Assembly: GCF_004010195.1 (NCBI RefSeq)
Contig: NC_057751.1
Location: 8,360,404-8,424,403, forward strand
Direction: 5' to 3'
DNA: 64,000 nucleotides
DNA from: Chiloscyllium plagiosum
Lineage: Eukaryota
Below, in pieces: positions 52,214-64,000 of the stretch. The notes under the pieces are model-generated. The model was not told the origin of the DNA. It searched no databases and saw nothing but the letters and a program-made list of their open reading frames with translations. Position 1 is the first letter of the stretch. Each line of letters opens with the position of its first letter. The translations under genes and the position numbers were made by a program.

Positions 52214-53530
52214 GCTTAGGCAAACTGAACATCAGAGATAATCACATTCAGGTTTCCCATTCTCCATTAGGAACCAATGCAGTGCTAACCACTGAGCCAG
52301 TGTGCTGTCCATTTGGGTGGGACACAGTCAATTTGAGACCGAACACTTCTTTCTGTGCTGTGCATTTGATCCACTTGTGAACAGTTGTCCACTGTAGATA
52401 TTTTCTAATCAACTGGCTTAGAGAAAGTACTACATGCCTTGGAGCAGGCAGAACCTAAATCCATGACTCCTGCCTCAGTGGTAATACAACATTTCCACTG
52501 TAACACATAAGCCCCTCTGTGCTGTGCAGATAATTCTTTTCATCAACCTATTCAGAGAAGCAATTGCACACCTCTTAAATAGGTGGGACTTCAATCTGGA
52601 GTCAAGAGCGCTGTGCTAGAAAAGCACAGCAGGTCAGGCAGCATCTGAGGAGCAGGAGAATTGATGTTTCGGGCAAAAGCTCTTCAGAATTTGGGTCTAC
52701 GAGCCCATACACAGGGACTCTATCACATCAATGTGAAATGGACTCATTTCAGATTAATCTGAGGATGTGATTTATGACATGTTGGAGATCAGAAGTGATA
52801 TCTGACATTACAACACCGCGTTAAACAGTGTCACTGACTGGTCTCAGATATTTCCTAATCAGCCAGTTCAGTATAGTTATGGCACACCTCTGGACCAGGT
52901 GAGACTTGAAACCAACTCTTCTAGGCACTGCCGCTGCTCTACCCTCTGTGCTGTGCATCGCATGCAATTCAAACTGAAATCACGTGAGAGAATCTTAACC
53001 AGGACTTGGAGAAGTTTATACTAATTAAAGCAACAGCATTAATTCACAAAATGTCCACCGTGTTTAACTAAGTATCTTTTTGTGATCAAGTGACGGAGAA
53101 GATTGATGAAGAGAGTGTAATGGAAATTGTCCATGTGGATCTTAAGAAAGTATTCAACAACATCATGTTGAAAGTACTGCAGAACAAGCGTCACTGTCAA
53201 CCTGGATCAAAAAAAAACATAGGTTGAGTCACAGCAAATAGTGAGGCATTTCAAATGTTTTTTTTTCTCTTTAGACTGGACAATGGGATGTACCTGCATT
53301 CCCCAAGGACCACAAATTATACATGCAAATACAAAATGCAGGAATGTGATCTGGATATCAGAATACAAACTTAATTTTAGAATGAGCAGATGATGTAGCT
53401 GAGGCAAACAATGACAATGATCACAGTTTACAGCTACAAGACAGACAGGTCAAAACATTAGAATTAGCTTTATTATCACACATCCTCACATGAATACAGT
53501 GAAAAGTTTACAAGTCTCCACTTATGGCGC

Positions 53531-53858
53531 CATACGTTGGCTCAGTGGTTAACAGTCTGCCTCACAGTGCCAGGGACTCGAGTTGGAATTTGGAGTGGAG
53601 TTTGCACAAAATGTGTCTGCGAGGGTTTCCCCCAGGTGCTCCGATTTCCTCCCACAATCTAAAGATTTGCAGGCTAGGTGAAATGGCCAAGCTAAATTGC
53701 ACTATTGTGTTCAGGGTTGTGTAGGTTAGGTGCATTAGTCAGGGGTAAATGAGGAGTAATAGGGTAGGGGAATGGGTCTGGGTGAGTTACTCTTCGGAGG
53801 GTTGGTGTGGACTTGTTGGGTCAAATGTCTTGTTTCCAAACTTTAGAGATTCCATGAT
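53531..53858 (+). mobile_element. HE1 / V-SINE nested in the composite element tail
   Basis: A box, V-domain. Confidence 0.85.
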
Positions 53859-54009
53859 TAAGTGCAAAGGCACCTGGGTACATATTCTTAAGTACAAATT
53901 CATAAGGGGAAATATTAAGAAAGAAAATGCTCAGCAATGAATTAGACAAACATAGAAATAAGAATTGAGAATAATAGTCCTACTAACCTCGAAGTTCGGA
54001 ATCCAACTC

Positions 54010-55416
54010 AACGCTGAAGCCAGGGGCTCCGGTCACTGCTGAGGCCAGGAGTCTGAATCCACACTGAGGCCAGGCATCTGAGGCCGGGAGTCTGAGTCCA
54101 CACCGAGGCCGGGAGTCTGAGCCCACGCTGAGGCCGGGAGTCTGAGTCCACGCCGAGGCCGGGAGTCTGAGTCCACACCGAGGCTGGGAGTCCGAGTCCA
54201 CACGGAGACCGGGAGTCAGAGTTCACACCGAGGCCGGGAGTCTGATCCCTCACCGAGGCCTTGAGTCTGAATCCACACCTAGGCCAGGAGTCTCAGTCCA
54301 CACTGAGGCCGGGAGTCTGAGTCCACGCTGAGGCCGGGAGTCGGACCCCACGCTGAGGCTGGGAGTCGGATTCCACATGGAGACTGGGAGTCTGAGTCCA
54401 CACTGAGGTCAGGAGTCGGAGTCCACACCGAGGCCAGGAGTCTCAGACCCTGCTGTGGCCAGGAGTCTCAGACCCTGCTGTGGCCAGGTGTCTGAGTCCA
54501 CACCGAGGCCGGGAGTCTGAGTCCACGGCGAGGCCAGGAATCTGAGTCCAAACTGAGGCCGGGAGTCGGACCCCACGCTGAGGCCGGGAGTCTGAGTCCA
54601 CACTGAGGCCGGGAATCTGAGTCCACACTGAGGCCGGGAATCTGAGTCCACGCCGAGGCCGGGAATCTGAGTCCACACTGAGGCCGGGAATCTGAGTCCA
54701 CGCCGAGGCCGGGAATCGTGAGTCCACGCTGAGGCCAGGAGTCGGACCCCACGCTGAGGCCGGGAGTCTGAGTCCACACCAAGGTTGGGAGTCTGAGTCC
54801 ACACCGAGGCTGGGAATCTGAGTCCACGCTGAGGTCGGGAATCTGAATCCACACTGAGGCTGGGAGTCTGAATCCACGCTGAGGCCAGGAGTCGGACCCC
54901 ATGCTGAGGCCGGGAGACTGAGTCCACACTGAGGTCAGGAGTCGGAGTCCACACCGAGGCCAGGAGTCTCAGACCCTGCTGTGGCCAGGAGTCTGAGTCC
55001 ATGCCGAGGTCGGGAATCTGAGTCCATGCTGAGGACGGGAGTCTGAGTCCACACCGAGGCCGGGAATCTGAGTCCACACCGAGGTCGGGAGTCTGAGTCC
55101 ACACCGAGGCCGGGAATCTGAGTCCACACCGAGGTCGGGAGTCTGAGTCCACACCGAGGCCAGGAATCTGAGTCCACACTGAGATCGGGAATCTGAGTCC
55201 ACTCCGAGGTCGGGAGTCTGAGTCCACACCGAGGCCAGGAATCTGAGTCCACGCTGAGGCCAGGAGTCGGACCCCCACGCTGAGGCCGGGAGACTGAGTC
55301 CACACTGAGGTCAGGAGTCTCAGACCCTGCTGTGGCCGGGAGTCTGAGTCCACATTGAAGCCGGGAATCCCCGTCCACGCTGAGGCCGGAGGCCGAGTCC
55401 ACACTGAGGCCAGGAG
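54010..55416. repeat. GC-rich minisatellite, 25-bp unit GAGGCCGGGAGTCTGAGTCCACACT, about 55 copies
   Basis: Direct reading of tandem units. Confidence 0.95.
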
Positions 55417-57734
55417 TGTGAGTTTGTGCTGGCTTTCACCCTGGTCATCATCAATGCTGCCTGAGGACAGGAGGTAAAATTAAAAAACGCAAACAGAGAG
55501 AAGAAAAGAGACAGACGGAGTGGCCGAGCTCCAACTCTCGGAATCCTACTCCGCAGCCATCTTGGAATGATACGGAAAGGAATCAGCATCTCAGTGAGAT
55601 CTGATGCATTTTGATAGAGGCGATGGTAAGTGAGGTCAGAAGTGCTGAATGTCACAAGATCCAAGAGTGCGGAAGGACAAGGGGATGAGGGATTCTTTTG
55701 CATCAATCTTTGAAGGCAGAAGGATGCATGAGAAGACAGTGGTTGAAGCCTAAGGGACAATAGACTTTATAAATAGAGGCACGAAGCACACAAGGTGGTT
55801 TCAACAAAGCTCTGCTCGGTCTACAACCATTTCTCATCACCAAACAAGGATGCGTGGTACCTTGAAGTTTGCAGAGAACATTTAGCAGAATGGCTCCAGG
55901 ATGAGGGATTTTGGCTACAAAATTAGGCTGGAGAATCCCGGGCAGTGTTCCTTGGAACACGGGAGACTGAGGAGAAACTTACAGGAAGGGTCTGATAGAT
56001 TTATTAGTGACAGCAGAGAGAGAACAATTGTTCCAGTTCATTTATAACACAGGAATGAAGGGGCATGGATTGAGAGGTCTGAGCGAGGGATACATGAGGA
56101 GAATGTGAGGAAGAACTTTTGTTTTACCCAGTAAGTAGCAAACTGGAATGCAGTGCTTTTGAGGGTGGTGGAAACTGACATAATGAATGATTCCAAAGGA
56201 AAACTGATGGGGACTTGAGGGGAATAAATTTGCCACAGCAATGGGAGCCCGCAATGACTGCAGAGAGGGATTATGATGATCTGAATAGCCTGTTCCTGTG
56301 ACATACTGACTCCATAGCCTTATGTAGGTCAACAGATCATAAAACCATCAGATTTTATGCTTGAGAGATTTGTCCTCCCTTCTCAATCATGTGGCAAATT
56401 GGATACTTGACGTTAAAAATAAAATTGGAGATAAAATTTATGCAGTTGTTGGAGTTGATTAAGGGGAAAGAGCAAGAAAGTGCTTTCTGTATTTCATGAA
56501 GAAAGCATATGTTCACAGAACACAGCAGTGTTTCACATCAAAATGTTCAATATGTAATGCTTCAAAATGAGTCTGTACTTCATACCTAAAAATCAGGATT
56601 GTTGCACACTTTAACCTTTACAAGTTAATTACTAAAACCTCAATTACAGAAGGGCTGTTTCTTCCAGCGAAATGATAACTGCAATGTCATGGCCTTTTCT
56701 TCTGTTCCCATCTGGGTAATGTTCTGTCCATTAATGGGGAGCAAGATCCTTTCAGAATAATTTATCATATCATAATGTGCCTTGCTGACACTAAAATATA
56801 CGGGTGACTGAACAGTTATAAAAAAACATGGATTAACCTCCTTTGAGCTTCGTAAATATTTCCACCTCTCAGGGACCTGTGTTTGGTCAGAAGTCGTGGG
56901 AGCAATATCTGTTACAGTGACAGGGGATCAACTTTGCGTCTTACTGAGAGGTTAGACAGGTAGCCATCATTTTTAAATTTACTAACAGGCAGAATTAGAA
57001 AGAGGAGTCATCGGTCCCTCATTTCTGTGCTGGATTTTTGAAAGAGCCTTAGGTTATGCTCACTTCCCCCTCTGTGTGGTCCCAATTATCCAGCAATTCT
57101 TCCCCTTCTATTTATTAGTCAATTCCCTTTTGCAAGTCAACATCGAACCGAAGACCACGAACCTTTCATCGTTTAAGTATTTCTCTTCAACTTCCCTCTG
57201 TCTCGCTGCCTGTTTCATGTCTTCTGGAAGCACTAGTTTATTGTATTGCTGAGATGTCCAAACTATTTCCCAGTTGTAGAGAGATGCCACCAGTTCGAAA
57301 TCTACAAATGATTCATTTAGAGTACTTAAAAATATTTCAAAGCTGAAATGATTTTCTAAACCACACAGGCAAGTTATTTAAGCTCTGATCCTTTCAGAAC
57401 TATCTGTGTGCTGTCTGTTCCTTGAGTCCCAGCCTGAACAACATAGTCTGGTGAAGGTGGATCAGAGAGACAACAGATTTAATCAAACACAGATCAATTA
57501 AATCACCGAACACTCCAAACTGAAGTCTGCTACCATCTGATGACCAACATCCTTGCAGTTGAGAAAGAGGGTTGACTGATACTGGAATGCACTGACAGGC
57601 TTACAAAAGAAGCTTAATAACACTGACATAAAATTCTGAAACTCCTCAACAAATCAGGCAGCAGCTGTGGAAGTAAAACAGAGCTGACCTTTTGATAGCT
57701 AAGAAAGTTAAATGCAAAGTAAGATCATCAGCAG

Positions 57735-57838
57735 AGTCGAAGAGTATGGTGCTGGAAAAGCACAGCCAGTCAGGTAGCATTTGAGGAGCACCATACTCTT
57801 CAACTCTGATCTCCAGCATCTGCAGTCCTCACTTTCCC
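57735..57838. mobile_element. Penelope-like mini inverted insertion lacking the hammerhead core
   Basis: Reverse then forward family 1 pieces; flanking duplication aagatcatcagcag/aagatcattaacag. Confidence 0.7.
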
Positions 57839-60044
57839 AAGATCATTAACAGCACTTGTGATCAGATAAAACAGAAACAATGAGTCTGGCACGAAATTGT
57901 TGAACTGTTTGTTGAGTCCAGAAGGCTATAGTACATCAAGTTAAGATAGGAAGCTGTCCCTGGAACTTACATTCACTGGAACAGGTTAGGACTCTCTGAG
58001 GACAGACAGCTGGATTGGAAAACAAAATTAAAATGACAGGCAACTGGAAGTTCAAAATTACCACTGTGGACTGAATCGAAGTGTTCAACACAGCAATTCC
58101 TCTTTATAAAGTTTCCTGCCCCAGTGTTGATATACCTTATTTCTGCTCCTCAGGATGCTGTGTCTTTGATGATGAGCCCTGCATAGATGCACAGCCCACA
58201 GCCCATGGAGATCCATGACGTGTAACAATAAGAGAGTAGCCCGGAGTTAACAAGGAGAAATTACATCACTGGCGCAGTGGAACCAGGGGTTATGAGAAAA
58301 GGTCAGGTATAACAGACTTATTTGGTTATTTGAGGACTAAGTTTTTGTTCACTGGGGCAAAACCTCGTATATGTCTTTGTTCTTTGCAGAATGAGCATCT
58401 GCAACTGAATCAAAATGTGCCTGTACCAGAAAAAGCTGCACAAAGGAGTCTTTGGTGTTAAGTCAACAAGCAGACTCAAGACTAACCAAAGAAATACATC
58501 AGAGTAGGGCCAGCATGGAATCAAGGGGTGGAATGGTCTGCTTCTGTGTCACAATGACTGTCTAGCTCTACCCTTATTCTTGCCTGTCTGTTCGTCATAG
58601 TCTGAATTCAGTGTTGACTCACACTAACCTGAGCAGTACCATACAAGTGCAGGGCAACTCCTGTTTGGAAACATCTCTGTCTCTCCATATCTGAACGCAG
58701 CACAATAACAGGAGATTAAGTCATTCGATTCCTCCTCGAGCATGCTCTACCAATCATGGATGATCTGTGTGTCTTTCGAATTTTACATTCCCATTTGCCA
58801 CTGCAGCCCCCTGACATCATTGATGCCTTTGCCCAACAAGAATCTATCTGCCTGTGCTTTAAGAACATTCAGACCTAACCCAATGCTATAAAAAGGATAG
58901 AAAGGCGGGGGGGGGGGCAAGCGAGGAGGAGAGTGGCATTTTTGACAAGGAATAACATTACAGCTGTACTTAGGGAGCATATTCCTGGGAATACGTCCAG
59001 GGAAGTTATTTGAGTGGAACTGAGAAATAAGAAAGGGATGATCATCTTATTAGGATTGCACTACAGACCCCACGATATCAGCAGGAAATTGAGAAGTAAA
59101 TTTGTAAGGAAATTTCCATTATCTGTAAGAATAATAGGGTGGATTTTGACTTTCCAAACAGAGACTAGGACTGCCAAACTGATAAGGGTTTAGATGGAGA
59201 GGAATTTGTCAAATGCGTACAAGAAATTTTTCTGATTCAGTATGTGGATATACCTAATGGAGAAAGTGCAAAACTTCACCTCCTCTTGGGAAATAAGGCA
59301 GAGCAGGTGGCTGAAGTGTCAGTGGGGGAGCACTTTGGGGCCAGCGACCATAATTCTATTAGTTTTAAAATAGTGATGGATAGACAGGATCTAATAGTTA
59401 GAGTTCTAAATTGGAGGAAGGCCAATTTTGATGGTATTAGGCGAGAACTTTCAAACGTTGATTGGGGCGGATGTTCGCAGGTAAAGGGAAGGCTAGAAAA
59501 TGTGAAGCCTTCCAAAATGAGATTATGAGAGTCCACAAATATGTATTCCTGTTAGGGTGAAAGGCAAGGCTGATAGGTGTAGGGGATGCTGGATGACAAG
59601 AGAAATTGATGTCTTCGTGAAGAAAAAGAAGGAAGCAGATGTCAGGTATTGACAGCAGAGATCGAGTGAATCCTCAAAAGAGTATAAAGGCAGTAGAAGT
59701 ATACTTAAGAGAGAAATCAGGAGGGCAAAAAGGGGACATGAGATAGCTTTGGCAAATAGGGTTAAGAAGAATCGAAAGAGATTTTATAAATACATTAAGG
59801 ACAAAAAGGTAACGAAGGAAAGAATAGGGCCCCTCAAAGATCAGCAAGGCAGCCTATTTGTGGAACCGCAGGAGATGGGGGAGATAGTAAATGAATATTT
59901 CGCATCAGGGTTTACTGTGGAAAAGGACATGGAAGATACAGAATGTAGGGAAATAGATGGTGACATCTTGAAAAATGTCCATAATTCAGAGGAGGAGATG
60001 CTGGATGTCTTAAAATGTATAAAGTGGATAAATTCCCAGGATCT

Positions 60045-60172
60045 AGGAGAAAGTGAGGACTGCAGATGCTGGAGACCAGAGTCGAGAGTGTGTTGCTGGG
60101 AAAGCACAGCAGGTCAGGTAGCATCCGAGGAGCAGGAGAATTGACATTTCGGGCATAAGCCCTTCATCAGGA
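60045..60172 (-). mobile_element. Penelope-like insertion in CR1
   Basis: Family 1 reverse copy; flanking aattcccaggatct/aatccccaggacct. Confidence 0.8.
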
Positions 60173-60265
60173 ATCCCCAGGACCTGATGACATGTACCCT
60201 AGAACTCTGAGGGAGGCTATGGATGTGATTGCTGGACCCCTTGCTGAGATATATGGTTCAAAGAT

Positions 60266-60757
60266 AGCTGAAAATGTGTTGCTGGAAAAGTGCAGCAGGT
60301 CAGGCAGCATCCAGGGAACAGGAGAATCGACATTTCGGGCATAAGCCCTTCTTCAGGAATGAGGAAAGTTTGTCCAGCAGGCTAAGATAAAAGGTAGGGA
60401 GGAGGGACTTGGGGGGAGGGGCATCGGAAATGTGATAAGAGGTCAAGGTGAGGGTGATAGGTCAGACTGGGGTGGAGGCGGAGAGGTCGGGAAGAAGATT
60501 GCAGGTTAGGAAGGCGGTGCTGAATTCGATCTCTTTCCACCTATCACATTTCCGACGCCCCTCCCCCAAGTCCCTCCTCCCTACCTTTTATCTTAGCCTG
60601 CTGGACAAACTTTCCTCATTCCTGAAGAAGGGCTTATGCCCGAAACGTCGATTCTTCTGTTCCCTGGATGCTGCCTGACCTGCTGCGCTTTTCCAGCAAC
60701 ACATTTTCAGCTCTAATCTCCAGCATCTGCAGACCTCACTTTCTCCTCAAAGATTTC
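60266..60757. mobile_element. Penelope-like insertion with about 170-bp inverted arms and two hammerhead motifs
   Basis: Arms 60266-60437 and 60542-60712; perfect 14-bp duplication ggttcaaagatagc. Confidence 0.88.
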
Positions 60758-62959
60758 GGTTCAAAGATAGCCACAAGTGAGGTGGCAGAAGACTGGAGGT
60801 TGGCTAACATGGGTACCACTATTTAAGAAAGGTAGTAAGGAAAAGCCAGGGAACTTTAGACCAGCGAGCCTGACGTCGGTGGTGGGCAAGTTGTTGGAGG
60901 AATCCTGAGGGACAGGATTTACATGTGTTTGGAAAGGCAAGGACTGATTAGGGATAGTCAACATGGCTTTGTGCATGGGAAATCATGTCTCACGAACTTG
61001 ATTGAGTTTTTGAAGAAGTAACAAAGAGGATTGATGAGGGCAGAGCGGTGGACGTGATTTATGTGGACATCAATAAGGCGTTCAACAAGATTCCTCATGG
61101 TAGACTGGTTAGCAAGATTAGATCACATGGAATACAGGGAGAACGAGCCATTTTGAGACAGAACTGGCTCAAAGGTAAAAGACAGAGGGTTGTGGTGAAG
61201 CATTGCTTTTCAGACTGGAGGTCTGTGACCGGCAGTGTGCCAAGGATCAGTGCTGGGTCCACTGCTTTTTGTCATTTATATCAATGATTTGGATTTGAAC
61301 ATAGGAGGCATAGTTAGTAAGTTTGCAGATGACACCAAAATTGGAAGTGTAGAGAACAGCAAAGAAGGTTGCCTCGGAGTACAACAGAATCTTGATCAGA
61401 TGAGTCAATGGGCTAAGGAGTGGAGATGAGTTTAATTTAGATATATGTGAGGTGCTGCATTTTGAAAAGGCAAATCAGGGCAGGACTTATGCACTTCATT
61501 GTACGATTCTGGGGCATGTTGCTGAACAAAGACACCTTTGAGTGCAGAGTCATAACTCCTTGAAAGTGGAGCCACAGGTAGATGGATAGCGAAGAAGGTG
61601 TTTGGTATGCTTTCCTTTATTGGTCTGAGCAGTGAATATATGAGTTGGGATGTCATGTTGCAGCTGTACAGTACATTGGTTAGGCCACTTTTGGAATATT
61701 ATGTGCAGTTCTAGTCTCCTTCCTATCGGAAAGATGCAGCGAAACTTGAAACGGTTCAGAAAAGATTTATAAGGATGTTGCCAAGGTTGGAGGATTTGAG
61801 CTACAGGAAGAGGCTGAATAGGCTGGGGCTGTTTTCCGTGTACCGTCGGAAGCTAAGGGGCGACCTTATAGAGGTTTATAAAATCATGATGGGCATGGAT
61901 AGGATAAATAGACAAGGTATTTTCCCTAGGGTCGGGGAGTCCAGAACTGGAGGGCATAGGTTTCAGGTGAGAGGGGAAAGATATAAAAGGGACCTAAGGG
62001 GCAACCTTTTCATGCAGATGGTGATGTGTGTATGGAATGAGCTGTCTGAGGAAGTGGTGGACATTGGAGCAATTACAACATTTAAAAGGAAGGGTTTAGA
62101 GGGATAATGGCCAAGTACTGACAAGTGGGACCACATTAGTTTAGGATATTTGGCAGACATGGCCATGTTGGACTGAAGGATTCATTTCTGTGCTGTACAT
62201 CTCTCCGACTCCAAAAGCTCAGCCAACTTCTGAGGCAAAGAATTCCCAGGTTGCACAACTTGCTCAGAGAAATGCCATCGCCACAATTCTGTTCTCAAAG
62301 GACAATGGCAAATTATCAGTTTTGTTTGATTCTGGTCTGGCCCACATGACAAAACAGCTTCCCCACATCCATTTTGTTAAGACTGTTCAGGATCTTACAA
62401 ATTTCAAAGAAGTCAACCCCTCTTTGAAACTCGACTGGAAATAATAGCCTATCTATCCTATCTTCACTAGAACAACAGATCCATCCCCAGTATTAATCTC
62501 ATATCCCACCTCCAAACCACCTCTGACACTCTGACCTCCTTCCTGAAAGAAGGCGACCAAGACTCCGCAAAGCTTTTCTGTCTCCCATCTACCTGTATTT
62601 TGTCCTGACGTGTACTGTTTAAAAACTCCCTCTTCCACCAATCTTTAAAGCAACATCAACATTTCATTGTTTTCCTGGCCCCTTTCTCAGAACTCTATTT
62701 CTCCTGCAAAGGATGACAAGTCAAGCTTTATATGACCAAACAACATTTATGCCTCAGTTTCCCTCATCCCAATCTGGATGAGGTCTGAGAGAGCCAATAG
62801 TGTTCACCTCGACTTCCATAAGAAAGACAACAAGCATTAGTCTTAGTAATCACAGCATTGCAATGCTCGGAGGTGAGTGACATTCTACCTTCAAAATGCC
62901 AGATTATGGTCTTCTCCAATTCGAGAGAGAGAGAGAGAGCAACTAACTCCCCATGACAT

Positions 62960-63575
62960 TTAACATCATAACGTTCGCCAAGCAACACACCGTCAACATC
63001 CTGGGAATAATCGTGGATTATGAATCCAACTTAACAAGCCACAGACGTGTGTAGCATTCAGAGTTAGTCAGGAGATACCAAGCAGCTACTCCCTTATTTC
63101 CCAAAACATCTCCATCACAAACAAAACAGAAATCTGTAAATCTGATCGTACTGTCCCCATATGCCTGGATGAAGGCATCTCCACACCTCCTGAAGCTCAA
63201 CACCATCCAGGACAAGAAAGCCTCAGCTTCCCTATCACCATTTGATCAACTCCTCATGAATCATCTCAGACATTCAGCCACTCCACTACTAATGTCCTGG
63301 GCTTCTGCTGCAAGCCGCCATGGTTTATTCAGCAGCATTCGTTTCACCGTGGTTTATTTACGTCCTCAAACGTCAAAGGGGAGCTTGCAAATAGCACCAC
63401 TAAATGCCATGTCCAGGTCACACCAATGAGATAAATGTCACCATTCGTTCATCTTCACATGGTCCAACTCCAAACACCAATATGGGAGCACATGGACTGC
63501 AGCTGTTCAAGAAAAAAGTCTACCACCACCTTTTCGCAGGCAGCTCGAGTTGGGAAACAGATAATCAAGCACACA
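62960..63575 (+). mobile_element. Old CR1/L2-clade LINE 3' fragment
   Basis: LKLNTIQDKKA-like remnant; tail ggactgcagctgttcaag...caccacctt. Confidence 0.55.
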
Positions 63576-64000
63576 ATCTGATGGAGGGAAATTTCCCAAA
63601 ATATTCCTCTTTAAAAAGATGACAAGATAACTACATGGTACGAGATGAGCGTAACGTTTTGGAGGGATGCTTCTCAACGTTCTTGGCTTTATTCTCGAAT
63701 CTGTGCAGTTGCATAAAGCAGTTCATCAGGCAAGGTTTTGTGGGCTGGGGCAAATGGGGATGGGGGAAATTAGCCGAGAAATAAAATGCTCTCTTCACCC
63801 TGCCCATCAAAGCATTTTGAAGAGCTAATTTGGCTTCAGAATTTGCAGATCAACAAGGCAGGCAGTTGTAGCATCAAACTCCCATGCAGCCCATTTCTGA
63901 GCTTCACCTACAGCCAGCAGTCAAGTCCCAAACTGGAGAATGTCTTCATTCAATTACAACTAATGAGTCAGTATTCCCATCTCTAGCATAAGCCGCTTGA

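Larger units (their letters stand above)
53457..55567 (-). mobile_element. Composite non-autonomous retroelement: CCAAGATGGC head + 25-bp VNTR + Rex1-like 3' tail
   Basis: Minus strand starts ttccaagatggctgcgg and ends ttttcactgtattc...gtgataataaagctaattctaat. Confidence 0.6.
53060..56315 (+). mobile_element. Old degraded CR1 RT/3' region split by the composite VNTR element
   Basis: RT remnants (gtggatcttaagaaagtattcaacaa) before 53456 resume after 55570 and run to a CR1 tail. Confidence 0.55.
58885..62212 (+). mobile_element. Long CR1 (HER1-type) LINE: defective ORF2 with part of the endonuclease, RT and 3' tail
   Basis: SDHNSISF (EN), NFRPASLTSVVGKLL, DVIYVDINKAFNKIPH, QGSVLGPLLFVIYIND, KFADDTK; many stops and frameshifts. 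Confidence 0.95.

Noticed and set aside
54409..55404. 331-aa ORF and overlapping ORFs
   Set aside because: Produced by a 25-bp tandem repeat cycling through stop-poor frames; no gene context
54010..55416. CRISPR-like array
   Set aside because: Contiguous tandem units without unique spacers; vertebrate context; no cas genes
58885..62212. Active reverse transcriptase gene
   Set aside because: Many stops, frameshifts and two nested insertions

Overview
Eukaryotic, repeat-rich 64 kb window, almost certainly from a cartilaginous fish (shark). The evidence is about ten HE1/V-SINE copies, CR1 (HER1-type) LINE fragments, Deu-domain SINEs, Rex1/Babar remnants, solo LTRs and many short Penelope-like termini that carry minimal hammerhead-ribozyme motifs. 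No long intact ORF exists, and nearly all entries in the ORF track are chance or repeat-derived. The best gene evidence is the 3' end of an unidentified + strand gene: a 47-nt exon at 1652-1698 is phase-compatible with a terminal exon at 10929-11153 that has poly(A) signals. Several weaker exon-like segments follow, including a possible two-exon small secreted Cys-rich peptide (28264-33059). Repeat-free AT-rich blocks with PBX-HOX/MEIS motifs suggest a developmental enhancer landscape. The most unusual structures are: (i) three families of hammerhead-bearing mini-insertions, with 13-14 bp target duplications and inverted-repeat forms seen for one family; (ii) a composite non-autonomous retroelement with a LINE-like head, a 1.4 kb 25-bp VNTR and a Rex1-like tail (53457-55567); (iii) a locally templated insertion inside a SINE (7429-7583). 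Repeat boundaries are approximate (read by eye) and no database search was possible.
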